From Octopus sinensis (Eukaryota), in contig NC_043018.1 in NCBI RefSeq assembly GCF_006345805.1, forward strand, positions 21,638,001 to 21,702,000: a stretch of 64,000 bases of DNA. Reading direction: 5' to 3'. Below the pieces are notes generated by a model. It was not told the origin of the DNA. It did no database searches and saw only the letters and a list, made by a program, of their open reading frames with translations. Positions within the stretch are counted from its first letter, which is position 1; the number at the start of each line of letters is the position of its first letter. Shown here in pieces: positions 49,936-64,000 of this stretch. The position numbers and the translations under genes were made by a program.

Positions 49936-50686
49936 GTATTTAGCAGTGGTGGTCACTATCATAATAATAGCAGTATTAGTATGCAGTGGTTGAAGTAGAT
50001 TAGTGATGGTGGAGGTGGTTGTAGGAATAGTTTTGTGATGATGATGATTGTAGTAGTAGTAGTAATTGTAGTAGTAGTGGTGGTAGTAGTAGTAGTAGTA
50101 GTAGTCTGCAGTGAATGAAGTAAACAAACATTATTATGATGAAAGCTAATGATGGCTTCGCGTGTGGTTAATGAATTGACAATTAGCAAGATGGGCGGGG
50201 CGGGGCGGGGTGGAGCTAGGGTGGTCTGAACACTGAACAACCAGGCAGCTAGCTGGGATCGAACCCGACCCTACAGCTACGCACCTATCCAACCATCCAC
50301 TAAATATAACTAGTTTCATATTATAAGACTAGTCACTCTAGTAGTATAGTCAGCTGGTATAGTGGTGGTGGTAGTGTTAGTAGCAATAGTATTAATGAGA
50401 GTGGTGGTGGAGGTGGTTTTATATATAATTCTAACGACAGGTGAGGCCAGTCAATAAATTTTGACTTTGCGCGCGTGTGTATGTCAGGAAGTGTGCGTGT
50501 ATGCACGCACGTGAACATGTAGCATATGAATGTAGCAGTGTATGTGTGTGTTGATATGTTAAATTGAGTGTATATATATATATATGTGTGTTGTGTGGTG
50601 TGTGAGTAAGTGTATGTGTCTGTACGTGCGCGAGTGTGTTACTGTGTGCGTATGTGTGTGTTAGCAAGTGATGCTAAGAGAGGAGA

Positions 50687-50731
<45 letters not shown>

Positions 50732-51265
50732 GTGTGTGCTTGGTATGTTGATTTGTGAGTGAGAGTGCAGCTGAGCGAGCGAGTGAGTGAGTGCGTGCGT
50801 GTGTGTGTGTGTTGGTATGTTGTCGACGAGTGAGAGTGCAGCTGAGTATGTATGTAATTTTGGCAGCAATGATATTTAGAGGCCAAACAAGGTAGGTATT
50901 CTTGCTGTGTGTATCAGCAAAACCCCCATCCTTCCACCTTTCCTCAATAAACCACCAACACAACCCCGACAACATCGCCCAGCCCGCAGTTTCGCTCTCC
51001 CTCCCTCTCTCCATTTCCTTTCCCACTCGCTGTGGGTTTCATTCGAACCCTTCACCCATCAGCTCACATATGGCTGGCTACAAAGAGCTAGACCACACTG
51101 TAAGCCACCACGATTGCTCATTAAAATAATACTATTTATACGGTTGATGCTACCAAACACATCATACACATGTACTAGAACTCGAAGAGAGAGAGAGAGA
51201 GAGTGTATGATCTTGAGGAATAACGGATATCCTACATAATTAGCAATGTTAATCAATCAATCAAT

Positions 51266-51308
<43 letters not shown>

Positions 51309-51454
51309 TATGTTGGTGCAAACAGGAAAAACAGAATCCAAAATATGAGTATATATATGTATGTTTTTTTATTAATATTTAGCAGATACAACAGAGTGAT
51401 TCAAGGTCCGAGAACGCACGAAACTCTCGAACCTTGAGCACTCTGTTGCTTCTG

Positions 51455-51493
<39 letters not shown>

Positions 51494-52074
51494 TATAATG
51501 TGTGTGAGCGTGTGTATCTGTCTCACCACCTTATGGCAACCGGTGCTGGTTTGTTAGCGTCTCGTAACATTAGCGGTTCGGCAAAAAGTATCGACGGAAT
51601 AAATAGCAAATTTTGAAAAAAAAAAAAAGAAAGAAAAGAAAAGAAAAATGTACTGGAATCGATTTAATCGACTATGTCCTTCAAAGCGGTTACTCCAGCA
51701 TGGCCGCGGTCGAACTAGTGAAACCACTACAAGTGGATAGATAGACAGACAGCGTTTGTGTACGTATATACGTGTGATTCTTCAGACCCAGGTCAGTCCA
51801 ACTGAGCAGATTTACGAGCAGAAGTAATCCAATTGTGACCGTCCCTTCTATTTTTAGCCTCTCTGGTGAGTCCTTTCCTTAATTCAAACGACAGCGGGAT
51901 GTGGCTGCTGTTTCTAGCGTATCGAGCGATCACGTTAGGGCCACCCTTGGCTCCGTGCGCGTTTGTTGGTATATACATGCATACAAATGTGTGTGTGTAT
52001 AATGGACTGATAGATTAAGAGACTAGCAGAAAGTTTTTGAGAAGAGAGTCGTCTAGATGTTAAAAGTGTTAAAC

Positions 52075-52465
52075 AGTTGAGATGATGATGATGATGGTGG
52101 TAGTGACGATGATGATGGTGGTGGTGGTGACGATGATGATGATGGTGGTGACGGCGCTACTGATGATGATAATGATAGTGGTGATGATGATGATGTTGAA
52201 TAGGATGATAATGAAGATAGTAATGGTGATGATGATGGTGGTGGTGGTGGTGACGATGATGATCGTAGAAATGGTGATGATGATGATGATGGTGGTGACG
52301 GCGCTGATGGTGATAATGATAGTGGTGATGATGATGATGTTGAATAGGATGATAATGAAGATAGTAATGGTGATGATGATGATGATGATGATGATAATAA
52401 TGATGAAGATGATCAAGACAGTTATGATAATGGAAACGATGGTGGCGATGATGATGATGGTGTAG
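52075..52465. repeat. (ATG/GTG)n tract with an internal duplication of about 147 bp
   Basis: gacggcgct and gttgaataggatgataatgaagatagtaatgg each occur twice. Confidence 0.88.
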
Positions 52466-52883
52466 GAAGAGTGAGAAGTAGATGAGAAAAGCAGGGACGA
52501 CGGGAAGAGGAAAGGGTGGTTGATAGTCACGAGAGTTGCAATAGTTGGAAGAAGCAGCAGTGCGGTGGGAGGAGGAGAAGAAGAAGATGAAGAAGAAGAA
52601 GAAGAAGAAGGAGGAGTAGGAGTAGGAGGAGGGCAGGTGTGTGTGTGTGTGTGTGTAATTGCAAGGTGAAGGGGAGGTGACAGCAGGTTTATTGATCAAA
52701 GCCGACCACCAGCTTCCCGAACGTCCTCTAATAGATATTATACAAGTAGAAAGGATGCTGGCCACCGCTGTCTATTAAAGATGTAGAGCCACATACACAC
52801 ACACAAAAAAAAATTAATTGAGAATATACACCTATGCAGAAATAAAAACCTGTATATTTATCCCACATTAACCTTTATGTATG

Positions 52884-52929
<46 letters not shown>

Positions 52930-53256
52930 AATAAATGGCGGTGCCCCAGCATGGCCACAACTCATGAGCTGAAACTATCAAAATCATATATATATATATA
53001 TGTATACTCATACACACGATACATACACTCATATATACGTACGTAAATGGTGTATGTGTGTGTAGAATATAATGTATACGGGCCGATACAAAATAATAAT
53101 AATAATAATAAAGGTAGAAATGAAAATATTTAAGGAGATACTTTCAAGGAGAAAGAATCTTGTTCAAAGTAGGAATGAATGAAAATGGTCCAATGGAAGG
53201 TGTGTATAAGGTGTACATACTCATACATCTACTTGTATGAGTGTATGTATGTGTAT

Positions 53257-53319
<63 letters not shown>

Positions 53320-54077
53320 TATTATATATATATATATATAGACATATATCTTGAATGTGTTTGTGTGTGTATATATACATATATATATACATACATATAT
53401 ACACACACATATAGGGCACGTTATAATCATGTACATACCTGCGCACACCCACACGCTTCTATACACACACTGACACACATGCGCGCGCGTACACTTACAA
53501 AATATGTGTATAGGTTTATACGCAATATAGTCACCTGGATAGAAAAAGTAGACATTCGTTATATATATATATACACACACGCACGCGTACATTCTCAGAC
53601 TTGTGAACACATACCAAATAGGTGTATGTATATTTACGTCTATGTGTATACACATATATGTATTTATAGCGTATGCATACATACACATTTACTGTAAATA
53701 TATACATGTAAACGTACTCATATCTGTGTGTACTTACGTGTATGTATGTTTATATAATGTGTGTGTTAATTTAAATATACGCATATGTCAAAATTATGCT
53801 AGTATATAGGTGTAGTACATAGATGCACATATTTGTAATAACATGTGTGAGTATATAACGTGTGTTCAGACACGGAATGCAAACAGACTCACGAAACCAT
53901 ATAAGCAAACAGACACACAATCTACACACATATACACACACACACACACGCAAAGTTGCCCAGCAAGGTATCGCGTGTTGTTTAGCTTAATTATACACCT
54001 GTCAAAAATATATCCTGGTATGTAAGATAGATACGTGTGTATATTTCGCAAACGTGTGCCCCATTATATGTGAATAT

Positions 54078-54136
<59 letters not shown>

Positions 54137-54809
54137 ATAGATATATATATATATATATATATATAGGTGTGTATGTGTGCACAAAGTTGTCCAGCAAGGG
54201 AATGCGTGCGTGTGTGTGTGTGTGTGTGTGTATTGAATTGACACTAGAAGAAATAGGTAAATTTACTTGCGCTTGATGAGAAAGGTGCGGCTTATTTCTA
54301 GCCAAACAGGCTCGGATTGTGCATCTACCTCGCACGGTGGTGCACTTGTACTGTGTGTACGTGTGTACGCGTGTGTGGTGTGTATGTGTGTGTGTGTGTG
54401 TGTAGGTGTCGTCAGAGATGCACAGCACCAACTTGCACCATTTAACTGACCAGAAAGACAGGTCAATCATACGGAGCAGCAAGCACAATTATGATGGTCA
54501 GACAGACAGAGAGAAGCAAGCAAGCAAGGCAACGGGCTCTCTCTTTTCTTGTTCGATTCTTCGCCTTCTTCGATGTCTTCAGACCGATAAATATTGGATC
54601 TTCGACAGGAAGGTATAAGTCCTGTCGGTTTGGTTGGCATCGAGGTTAGACATATATAAAGTTCTACGGAACCGAACGAAGAATAATATCCGACGTAGAA
54701 GACAGAGGTGATACAGGTTGGAAGTTTGTGTAGCCAATATCAATGGCATTAACGTTCTGACGTAAGTGAAAGAGAGAGACTGGTCAAGACTTTACACACG
54801 GAGACATTA

Positions 54810-54922
54810 TATAGACATACACACACACACATATATACACATACATACATACACACACATATATATATATACACATACATACATACACACACACACATAT
54901 ATATATATACACATACATACAT

Positions 54923-54955
<33 letters not shown>

Positions 54956-55191
54956 CATACACACACACATATATATATATATATACATACATACATCATA
55001 CACACACACACATATATATATATATACATACATACATCATACACACACACACATATATATATATACATACATACATCATACACACACACATAATATATAT
55101 ACATACATACATCATACACACACACACACATATATATATACATACATACATCATGCACACACACACACATATATATACATACATACATCAT

Positions 55192-55222
<31 letters not shown>

Positions 55223-55625
55223 CATACATACATACATCATACACACACACACATATATATACATACATACATCATGCACACACACATATATATATATACA
55301 TACATACATCATACACACACACACGCATATATATATACATACATCATACACACACACATATATATATACATACATCATACACACACACATATATATATAC
55401 ATACATACATACATACACATATATATATACATACATACATACACACATATATATATATATATACATACATACATACATACATACATACACACACACATAT
55501 ATATATATATACACATACATACATACACACACACATATATATATATATATATACACATACATACATACATACACACACATATATATAAATATATATATAT
55601 ATATATACATAAATGTATATATACA
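54810..55625. repeat. Compound (CATA)/(CA)/(TA) satellite with recurring catacatcatacacac unit
   Basis: Direct reading. Confidence 0.93.
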
Positions 55626-56689
55626 TACATTCATACAGACAGACAGACAGACACATACCTACACACATTCATATACTGTTATGTTGTTTTGTCCGAAGTT
55701 AACCCTGATTTTGGAAGCCCTGTGATCAAATGCTTTCTAGCCGTGGCCATCCCCTACTTTGGTATATCAGGGACAACCAAATCCAATATACCCCCTCATT
55801 TTATCTAAGTGGGCATGATGCGATTTGGGGGATATTTGGCTGCTATTTGCGGAGGATCCCTTGTCTGGTGTATGTGAGAGTGTATATATATATCAGTTGA
55901 GATATATGAAACGGTAGATATAGTAAAAAGTGATTCTTGCTTTATAGTGAACAATAATACAACCTTGTGTTTGTTTTATTTTGGTAAATATCAAGTGTCA
56001 CTAAACCAAAACAGTTAGTTTGCAACCAGTTTTGGGTGTTTGGTCAAACAGTCCTAATTAAACAAGCACTTGTAATTGGGTGTTAATTAAGATTTAGCCA
56101 TGGGACCCACATCAAAGTAAACAACTTGAGTTTAAAAAGAAAGTAGGTGGTCCTTTATGGAGATGTTATTGCAGTGTTATGGAGATGTGATTGATGTGTT
56201 GTTGGTTAGATGAACTGAGTTGAAGAATAAGGTGGAAGGATTTCTGTCAAGAACAATCTATTCAGCCTGGGTCCACTTTTGAAGAAAAAACCCAAAGTAA
56301 AATTCAAAAAACGTAGGAAAAAAGAACCATTGAAGCCGGCCAGGGTTTTCCATTCGTGCTTCGTCCTTTTCTTGCGTTTGAAACATAAAAAATAAGCCAA
56401 GTCAATCGACGGAAGGCAATAAATAAACGACGTGTGAAGAACGAAAATGAAAATAAACAAACGGCAGGACTGAGACGAAGGATGAGACGAGAGATGGGTG
56501 GCCCGAAAATTGGGTCCGATTTAATAGATAAATGAATAGTAAACTGGACCCCGAGTTTGTAACCGCTTTCTGTTAAGTCTGGCTTGGGAGAAAACAACAG
56601 TTTAGACGTAATGACAGCATTGAAGAAGTGCATAAATGGCAAAAAAGTGTAAAAAGGCGAAGACTTACGAGTCGATATAAGAGAAAACG

Positions 56690-56830
56690 CCACGAAATCT
56701 ACCTTTTGGACTGTTTTTTCCTATGTATCTTCCCTCCGAAAATATTTTCTAAGTTCGTAGAGCTTCGCCATCTTGGGTCGGCCAACGTAAAGTGTTGGAT
56801 TTCACCGAGCATGGCCATATAACGTGGGAG
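56690..56830 (-). promoter_or_regulatory. Candidate promoter / first exon of a minus-strand transcript
   Basis: CpG-containing unique island with YY1-like CAAGATGGCG (plus-strand cgccatcttg at 56766-56775) and donor-like AAAAG|GTAGAT at about 56700. Inference only. Confidence 0.3.
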
Positions 56831-57461
56831 GAGGAGAGATACGAGGGTTGAGAGAGAGAGGAAAAAAAGATAAGCAAGGAATTATGAGAGAGGGGGAAAG
56901 AATTGAAAGAGAGAGTTAAAAACAGACAGGGAGTTAAGAGAGAGGGAAGAATTGAAAGGGTGTTACAAACAGACAGGGAGTTAAGAGAGAGGGAAGAATT
57001 GAAAGGGAGTTAAAAACAGACAGGGAGTTAAAAGAGAGGGAAGAATTGAATAAGAGTTGAAGAATAGAGAGAGGTACAGAGGGAGAGGGCTGAGAGAAAG
57101 GAAGAAAAATTGAAAGAGAGTAAAAGACGGACGGAATGGGGGCAGAGAGAGGAGAAAGAATCGAAAAAGAGTAAAGGAAAAGAGAGGGAATGTGAGAGTG
57201 TAAAAGACAGAGAAAGGTAAGAACTGAAAGAGAGTAAAAGCCAGATATATAGATAGATAGATACAGAGAGAGAGATAGATAGAGAGAGAGAGATGAAAGA
57301 ATTGAGGAAGAGAGAAGCCGAGATGAAGAAATGATGAAGTAAGAATTAGAAAAGCAGTATTGTGAGAGAGAGAAGAAAATGTGAACGCGGTGAAGGGGAG
57401 GCCTACAGACTAAGAGAGAGGGAAGAAAACAAACATATACATGAAATAGAAAGACTGTTTT

Positions 57462-57492
<31 letters not shown>

Positions 57493-58640
57493 GGAGCAAG
57501 AGAAGTAAATATAAAGAGACAGAGAAGCAATTAATAGAGAGATAAAGTAAGAGGGTATTATGAAGTAGAAAGACTATGAATTAAGAAAGAGGGAGGTAGG
57601 AGGAAAACCCAAAATAGAAAGAGAATATAGAGAGAGGGAGAAAGAGAGAGAGCAATTAAGGATGCAGTAACAGACGAGAGAGGGTGATATAGTGTTTGTT
57701 AAAGAGGTGGAAAAGGAGAGTTACAGGCAATGAATGAAAGAGAGGGAGTCTGTTAGGAAGAGAGAGAGAGAGAGAGAGAGTAAAAACGAACTGTGCTTAA
57801 TAATTGTTGATTGGAGAAGGTAAACTGAATAGGAGAGAGGGATAGAAAGGGAGAAAGAGAGATATAGTTAGAGAGATAGAAGGAAGGAGAGAAAGAGAGA
57901 TATAGTTAGAGAGATAGAAGGAGAGAGAGAGAGAGAATGTCGACAACCCTTGTTTTACTATAGAGTGGGCGGAACTGGGGGGGGTGACTGGAATAATATA
58001 TGAGAGAGAGAGAGAGAGAGAGAGGAAGCAATTAGAGTAAATATAGAAAGTTAAAGAAATAGAGAAAGGAAATAACTCACATGTGTGTGTGTGTGTGTGT
58101 GTGATAAAAGATAGAGAGAGAGGTAGAGAGCGAGCGGGAAGGATAGAAAGAGCATGTCCTGAGTAATATAGGATGGCAGAGAGAGATAATGAGGGGAGGA
58201 TAAAAACGAAAGAGAAAAAGAATAAATATAAGAAAGAAAAGAAAAGAAACATACATATACATACACATTATATATATATATATGTGTGTGGTGTGTGTGT
58301 GAGAGAGAGAGAGAGTGTGTGTATAGAGAGGAAGAGAAGAAGAGACATAGATAGAGGGAGGGAATGAAAGATTACATGATACAGAGAGAGAGGAAGAGAA
58401 AAGAGACAGATAGATATAGGGAGGGGATGAAAGATTACGTGATACAGAGACAGAGACAGAGAGAGAGAGAGCAATATGTAAATGAAGAGAGAGACTTGGC
58501 AGAGGGTCTGGTGGGAGTGGCTTAAAACCTACACATGACATTCACTAACAGTTGTTTTAGAGAGAGAGACAGAGACAGAGATAGAGAGACAGAGACAGAG
58601 ACAGAGACAGAGATAGAGATAGAGAGAGAGACAGAGAGAG
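56830..58640. repeat. Purine-rich (GA) low-complexity tract including a 47-49 bp unit repeated about 4 times (56895-57060)
   Basis: gaattgaa at 56900, 56949, 56996 and 57043. Confidence 0.88.
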
Positions 58641-58857
58641 AGAGTGGAGATAGCTGGTATTACTGCTGCTGCTGCTAATTTTGCTTTTGGTGCAACTGAT
58701 GGTGCTGGTGGTGGTGTTACTATATTTATGACAGCAGTAGAATTGCAGCAGACTAACAGTAGTAATAGCAGCAGCAGCAGCAGCCTCATCTCACACACTC
58801 TCTCTCTCATCACTTGCAACGTTGATAAATTATCATCATTATTATTTCACTGCCATG

Positions 58858-58899
<42 letters not shown>

Positions 58900-59034
58900 T
58901 TACAACTACTACTACTACGACTACTACTACTACTAGTTATTTGTACACATACTGGTTTTGTTTGTTTAATAGTAAAAAAACATAAAAGCACTTAAACAGT
59001 TTTGTATTACAGGTGTGTAGTTATCATAAATGCA

Positions 59035-59290
<256 letters not shown>

Positions 59291-59915
59291 TACACAATTA
59301 CACACCCATAGTTTTCTGTTTATTTTGTAGTACAATAACATAACACGTCTTCCAATCAATACAACCTTTTGTTAGAAGCGTGAATGTAGTCTAATAGATA
59401 TATCTATGTTTTACATTCCCAAACCCTGGTTTCGTTCAGTTGTCTCTTCGGAAAATCGTCCAAGTTACCAGATTAGAAAGAAATCAAATGACTTATTAGT
59501 AGTGTAAGTTGTACGAATCACAAGGAGTCTGCTAACAATTGTCATGCATCTAGAACATCCTATTTTGAAATTCATGAAGAAGAATTGGACATATATTGAC
59601 AAGTCAAAACTAGTTGATTTGTTTTTTGGGGTTTTTTTTTTACTTCAGACTTTGGTATTGTGAGAAATGATGATCAAATTTTCTATAGGACAGAACTTGC
59701 AGCATTTTGATTTCATTCTAAATGCCCATCCATCATCTAACTGTGCCATATGATGCTGGTTAGTATTCCTTTGATTTCCAAATAACCTTTGAAAGTGTTG
59801 TGGTGGTTTTTTTCTGACACAGATAACTTTTGAAGGAATACTCTGCATGTCTTATGCAGCTTCCTTATGGTAGAAACACCAACCTAGTATACAATTTCTT
59901 TTTCCAGGGAATTAC

Positions 59916-59944
<29 letters not shown>

Positions 59945-59946
<2 letters not shown>

Positions 59947-60352
59947 GAGTGAGAGAACAATTCATGCCATCAAAGTGACACTGGGGTAAAATATATGAAG
60001 CCCAGTATACCCATCATGACTACCCGTCTGATAAGGGTACACTAGCCACATGCATCACAACCATATGTGCGCGACATGGTGATCTCATATCAAGATAAAC
60101 AGCACGACCTTGCAGGTGGAGCCCAGTTAGAATTTTCTTCAAGTCAAGTAACCCATCCCACTCGAAAGGTCCCTGAATAAGGGTTGTTTAAGGATGTTGA
60201 ACGAAACACCCATGTTTCCAGAGGTGAATTATTCAAACCCCAAAGAATCCCTCTCAACACATGGCAATGATGCTCCCCCAATACTTCTGCTCGTGATCAG
60301 AGATGCACATATCGTCAGCCACTAAGGGGCATGCTCAACTGGTTAAAGTCAA
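59945..60352 (-). mobile_element. Family E copy
   Basis: Homologous to 27533-27930. Confidence 0.75.
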
Positions 60353-60434
60353 CCCTTTGTAACTTTCGTCCTGTGTTTTGTCCCTCTATGTTTTAATTGA
60401 TTTTTGTTAGCCCTTGTGGCCAATAAACAAACGA

Positions 60435-60480
<46 letters not shown>
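60353..60480 (+). mobile_element. Short 3' end of the Tx1-like LINE plus (ATT)n
   Basis: Near-identical to 46230-46330. Confidence 0.75.
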
Positions 60481-60949
60481 GAGCTGGCAGAATCATTAAC
60501 ATGCTGGGCAAAACGCTTAGTGGTGTTTCATCCTGGCGTTACATTCTGGGTTCAAATTCCACTTTCAGGGACAGTAAAATAAGTACCAATTGAGCAGTGG
60601 GGTCAATCTAATCCTCATAGTTCCTTCCCCAAAATGACTGGCCTTGTGTCAAAATTTGAAAACACCATCATCATTATCATTATTATCATTATTAAGGCAA
60701 TGAGTTGGCAAAACCATTAGCACACTGGACAAAATGCTTAGTGGCACTTTGTCCATCTTTGTGTTCTGAGTTCAAATTCTGCCTGTCATTCTTTTGGGGT
60801 CGATACATTAAGTACCAGTTAAGCACTGGAGTCAATGTAATCAACAAGTCCCCTCCTCCAAGATTTCAGGCCTTGTGCCTATAGTAGAAAGGATTATTAT
60901 TGTTATTATTATTATTATTAGTTCATTTGTCATTGTTGATGATGACCAA

Positions 60950-61250
60950 GGGCATCACATGGGAAAAGAAGATAGGGCATGGTCTTACCAGCTGTGACCA
61001 ATCAGTCCAGTGTCTGCTCAGAAAACTCTGCTACAGTTCAGGCACTGGTGATCAATTGTTACTGAGGGCAAGAAGTTGGCTCTGCACTTCTTTTTGCACC
61101 TGCAATCCTGTTCTGTTTGCATGTGGTCGGACCTCAGTTGGGGCAGCTTTACCAGCCGTGACAGTCTTGTGTTTGCATTTCTCAGATAATGGGGTTAATT
61201 GCAATGCTCTTCAGAGATGCTGTGGGTGTGTCCTTGAAGTACTTTTTCTG
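60950..61250 (-). pseudogene. RTE/BovB-like LINE C-terminal fragment
   Basis: Frameshifted minus reading KDTPTASLKSIAINP...HQCLNCSRVF*ADTGLIGHS, matching the BovB-type terminal CxxC..GL..H motif. Confidence 0.6.
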
Positions 61251-62459
61251 TCCACCTTGTGTGTGTGCTTGTCTTCTGCCAGTTCATTGTAAAACAGTCT
61301 CTTGGGGAATTGCATATCAGGCATTCAAACAAGGTGGCCTGCCTGCACTCTCCTCAATTGTCACCAATGTTCCAGACCCCTTTTCCCTGCAGTTCTGTTT
61401 CATTTCTTTCCAATACAATGAGATTTGTCAACCAAACAAGCATTTAAAATAAAACTGTGACACAGGCATCTAGTCCCAGTTTAACTCAAACATAAAGAAG
61501 CATACACATACAAACATATACACAAACATACATAGATATACATACACACATGCACACACACACAAAATCACCAACTGAACTTATCAATTCACTACAGCAA
61601 AGAGATTCTGCTTCTCTGAGATACTGACCTATAGTGTAACTCTTGCCTCATCTGAGGGTATGATAAAAGTATTACATAGGACTTGAGGCCAATAGTTTCA
61701 AGGAAAGGTTTAATCAGCATATGCATTCTTTCAGATTCAGGAATAAGGAAATCTCCTTGCTGTTCTCATCTGGAGAGTCTAATACCTAGGAAATGACTTG
61801 CTGGAATATTCCTTAAAAGGCTCTTTTGTTTATATCCCATAATGCACAATCATCATATTTGTTTCTATGAGAAAATGTACACAGTGTAACAGCTTGTTGG
61901 ATCTCTTAACTGAGCTGATATATATCTATCAACAATGAGCTTTCTGTTAGTAAGTTTTAAGCCATTTCCTGTTAATACTTTCCCATGAATTGTAACTAAA
62001 ATTAAATTACAATGAAACAAGGAAAACTTTTCCTGCCCAAGCTGATGATAATGATCATCATTATTATCATCGTTTAACGTTTGGCATGGGTTGGACTGTT
62101 AGAGAGGAGCTGGCAAGCCAAAGGGCTACAGCAGGTACAAGTCATTTGTTTTGATATTGTTTTTATGGCCAGATGCCCTTTCTAATGCCAACCACTTTAC
62201 AGAGTGTAATGAGTGCTTTGTACGTGGTACGAGTGTGAGTGCTTTTTAAATGGCACCAGCACAAGAGCTTTATATGTGACACCAGAATGGGTGCTCTTTA
62301 CATGGTACCAACACAAGTGCCTTTTACATGGCACTGGCACTGTGATTAGAAGTTGTCACCTATTAATCAGCAGTGACTGATTCCACAGTGTGGCTTGAAG
62401 TGGCCACTAAGCATGAGTCTTGCTTTAAAAGATAAAGGATAAAGACCCCCTTCAGTCAT

Positions 62460-62778
62460 GAATGACCATGGGGTTGCACCTAGAAAGTTCCCCTCTGAGG
62501 CACAAGTCTGGGCAAGGTTGTTTATGGAAGACCAGCAGTCACCCATGCATACCAAGCTCCCCTTTCCAAACCAGTGATGTCATCCAAGGGAAAGGTAAAG
62601 GCTGGCACCAGCTTGGCACCAGTGATGTCGCAACTCATGTCTACAGCTGAGATAAGTGAAGCAACGTGAAATAAAGTGTCTTGCTCAAGAACACAACACA
62701 CACCCCAGACCAGGAATCAAACTGACTACCTCATGATTGTAAACCTGACACTTTAACCACTGAACCATGTGCCTTCAC
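62460..62778 (-). mobile_element. tRNA-headed CORE-like SINE (separate family)
   Basis: Minus head gtgaaggcacatggttcagtggttaaagtg...gtttgattcctgg, then ttcttgagcaagacacttta (CORE-like). Confidence 0.65.
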
Positions 62779-63159
62779 CACTGAACAAAAATCAGCCTTC
62801 TTTCAAAGCCATGGCATCCTTACCACTCTTTTGAAAGAAAAGAGCTCAAAGTATAACATCAGAAAGGGACTATCAGTGAAATACGAATGTTCTTCCAACA
62901 GCAGCAGAAAATGTGGACTATGTTTAGCAGAGAAGAAACTGACAGAATCCCTTATACTTGGATTATATCTCAATGTTAAATCAAAACATTTAAAATTAGA
63001 ATATACATGAGAGGAAGTACATGCTCAGATACTGGTCTAGGCCACAGTAGGAGAGTCAGTGCCATTGCTCCATCTATCTCACACACACGCATACATATAT
63101 ATGTGAGTATGTGTATGTATGTATGTCTGTGTATGTATGTATGTATGTATGTATGTATG

Positions 63160-63478
63160 TATCTGGCACCTGTGTCGGTGGCACATAAAAAACACCATCC
63201 GAGCGTGGCCGTCTGGCACCTGTGTCGGTGGCACATAAAAAACACCATCCGAGCGTGGCCGTTTGCCAGCCTCGTCTGGCACCTGTGTCGGTGGCACATA
63301 AAATCACCCACTACACTCTCGGAGTGGTTGGCGTTAGGAAGGGCATCCAGCTGTAGAAACACTGCCAGATCTGACTGGCCTGGTGCAGCCTTTGGGCTCC
63401 CCAGACCCCAGTTGAACCGTCCAACCCATGCTAGCATGGAAAGCGGACGTTAAATGATGATGATGATGATGATGATGA
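63160..63478 (+). mobile_element. Family D with (ATG)n tail
   Basis: Ends ggaaagcggacgttaaatgatgatgatg; internal unit partly duplicated. Confidence 0.85.
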
Positions 63479-63489
63479 TATATATATAT

Positions 63490-63544
<55 letters not shown>

Positions 63545-63560
63545 AGAGATAGACAGATTG

Positions 63561-63612
<52 letters not shown>

Positions 63613-64000
63613 GTTAATTCTGGCCTTACAAAAGGTCACTGCCCAGCTTCAATTACTATCCCTAGCTTGCTAACAGAACATGCAGTTCTGTGTATTACTT
63701 TGAGGTCTAACTGTATTTAAATATCAGTATGACAGGGTTGCAGCATATCAATTAATTAAATAGAGCACAAGGTAAAAGTAATCAAATCCTGATGATGGCT
63801 TTAACAAAAGAATGAAACTAATCAATTACTTGACTCATTTTTTTCTCCCCAGCTGCTGAAAGGTATGTAGTTTAGAGCTACAGCATTTATTTTAGCAGCA
63901 GGGCTAAAAATATGTTTCTTAAATATATTGTTCTTTCTGTCTTTCTTTACAAACTTTATCTCGCTTACAATATATATAGGGGGTCTAGTTAATTACATAC

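Noticed and set aside
52069-52765. Poly-His, poly-Ile, poly-Met and poly-Asp ORFs
   Set aside because: (ATG)n microsatellite; the acidic plus-strand frame is broken by TAG in both duplicated units.
59649-59712. Acceptor followed by DFGIVRNDDQIFY, resembling a kinase DFG exon
   Set aside because: It stops after 20 codons, with no APE/W motif and no other kinase exons found.

Overview
Eukaryotic, AT-rich, repeat-saturated DNA. The repeat families look like those of an octopus (cephalopod) genome; this is recognition from memory, not a database result. No intact host protein-coding gene is supported, and almost all long ORFs in the track are microsatellite or tandem-repeat artefacts. The window holds dozens of copies of about six SINE-like families, and decayed LINE fragments (RTE/BovB-like, RTE-X-like, CR1-like, L1/Tx1-like). 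It also holds a Helitron PIF1-helicase fragment with a canonical hairpin+CTAG 3' end, a Tigger/pogo transposase pseudogene, TA- and TTAA-flanked MITEs, several minisatellites and an 89-bp higher-order satellite. The most interesting signal is a set of minimal type I hammerhead-ribozyme-like motifs with co-varying stems. One (17235-17271) has an intact core, and three lie inside fold-back inverted repeats, an architecture known from Penelope-like retroelements and retrozymes. Two SINE families also share their 3' tails with LINE 3' ends present in this same window. SINE family labels A-E are my own working names. Edge coordinates of decayed copies are approximate.
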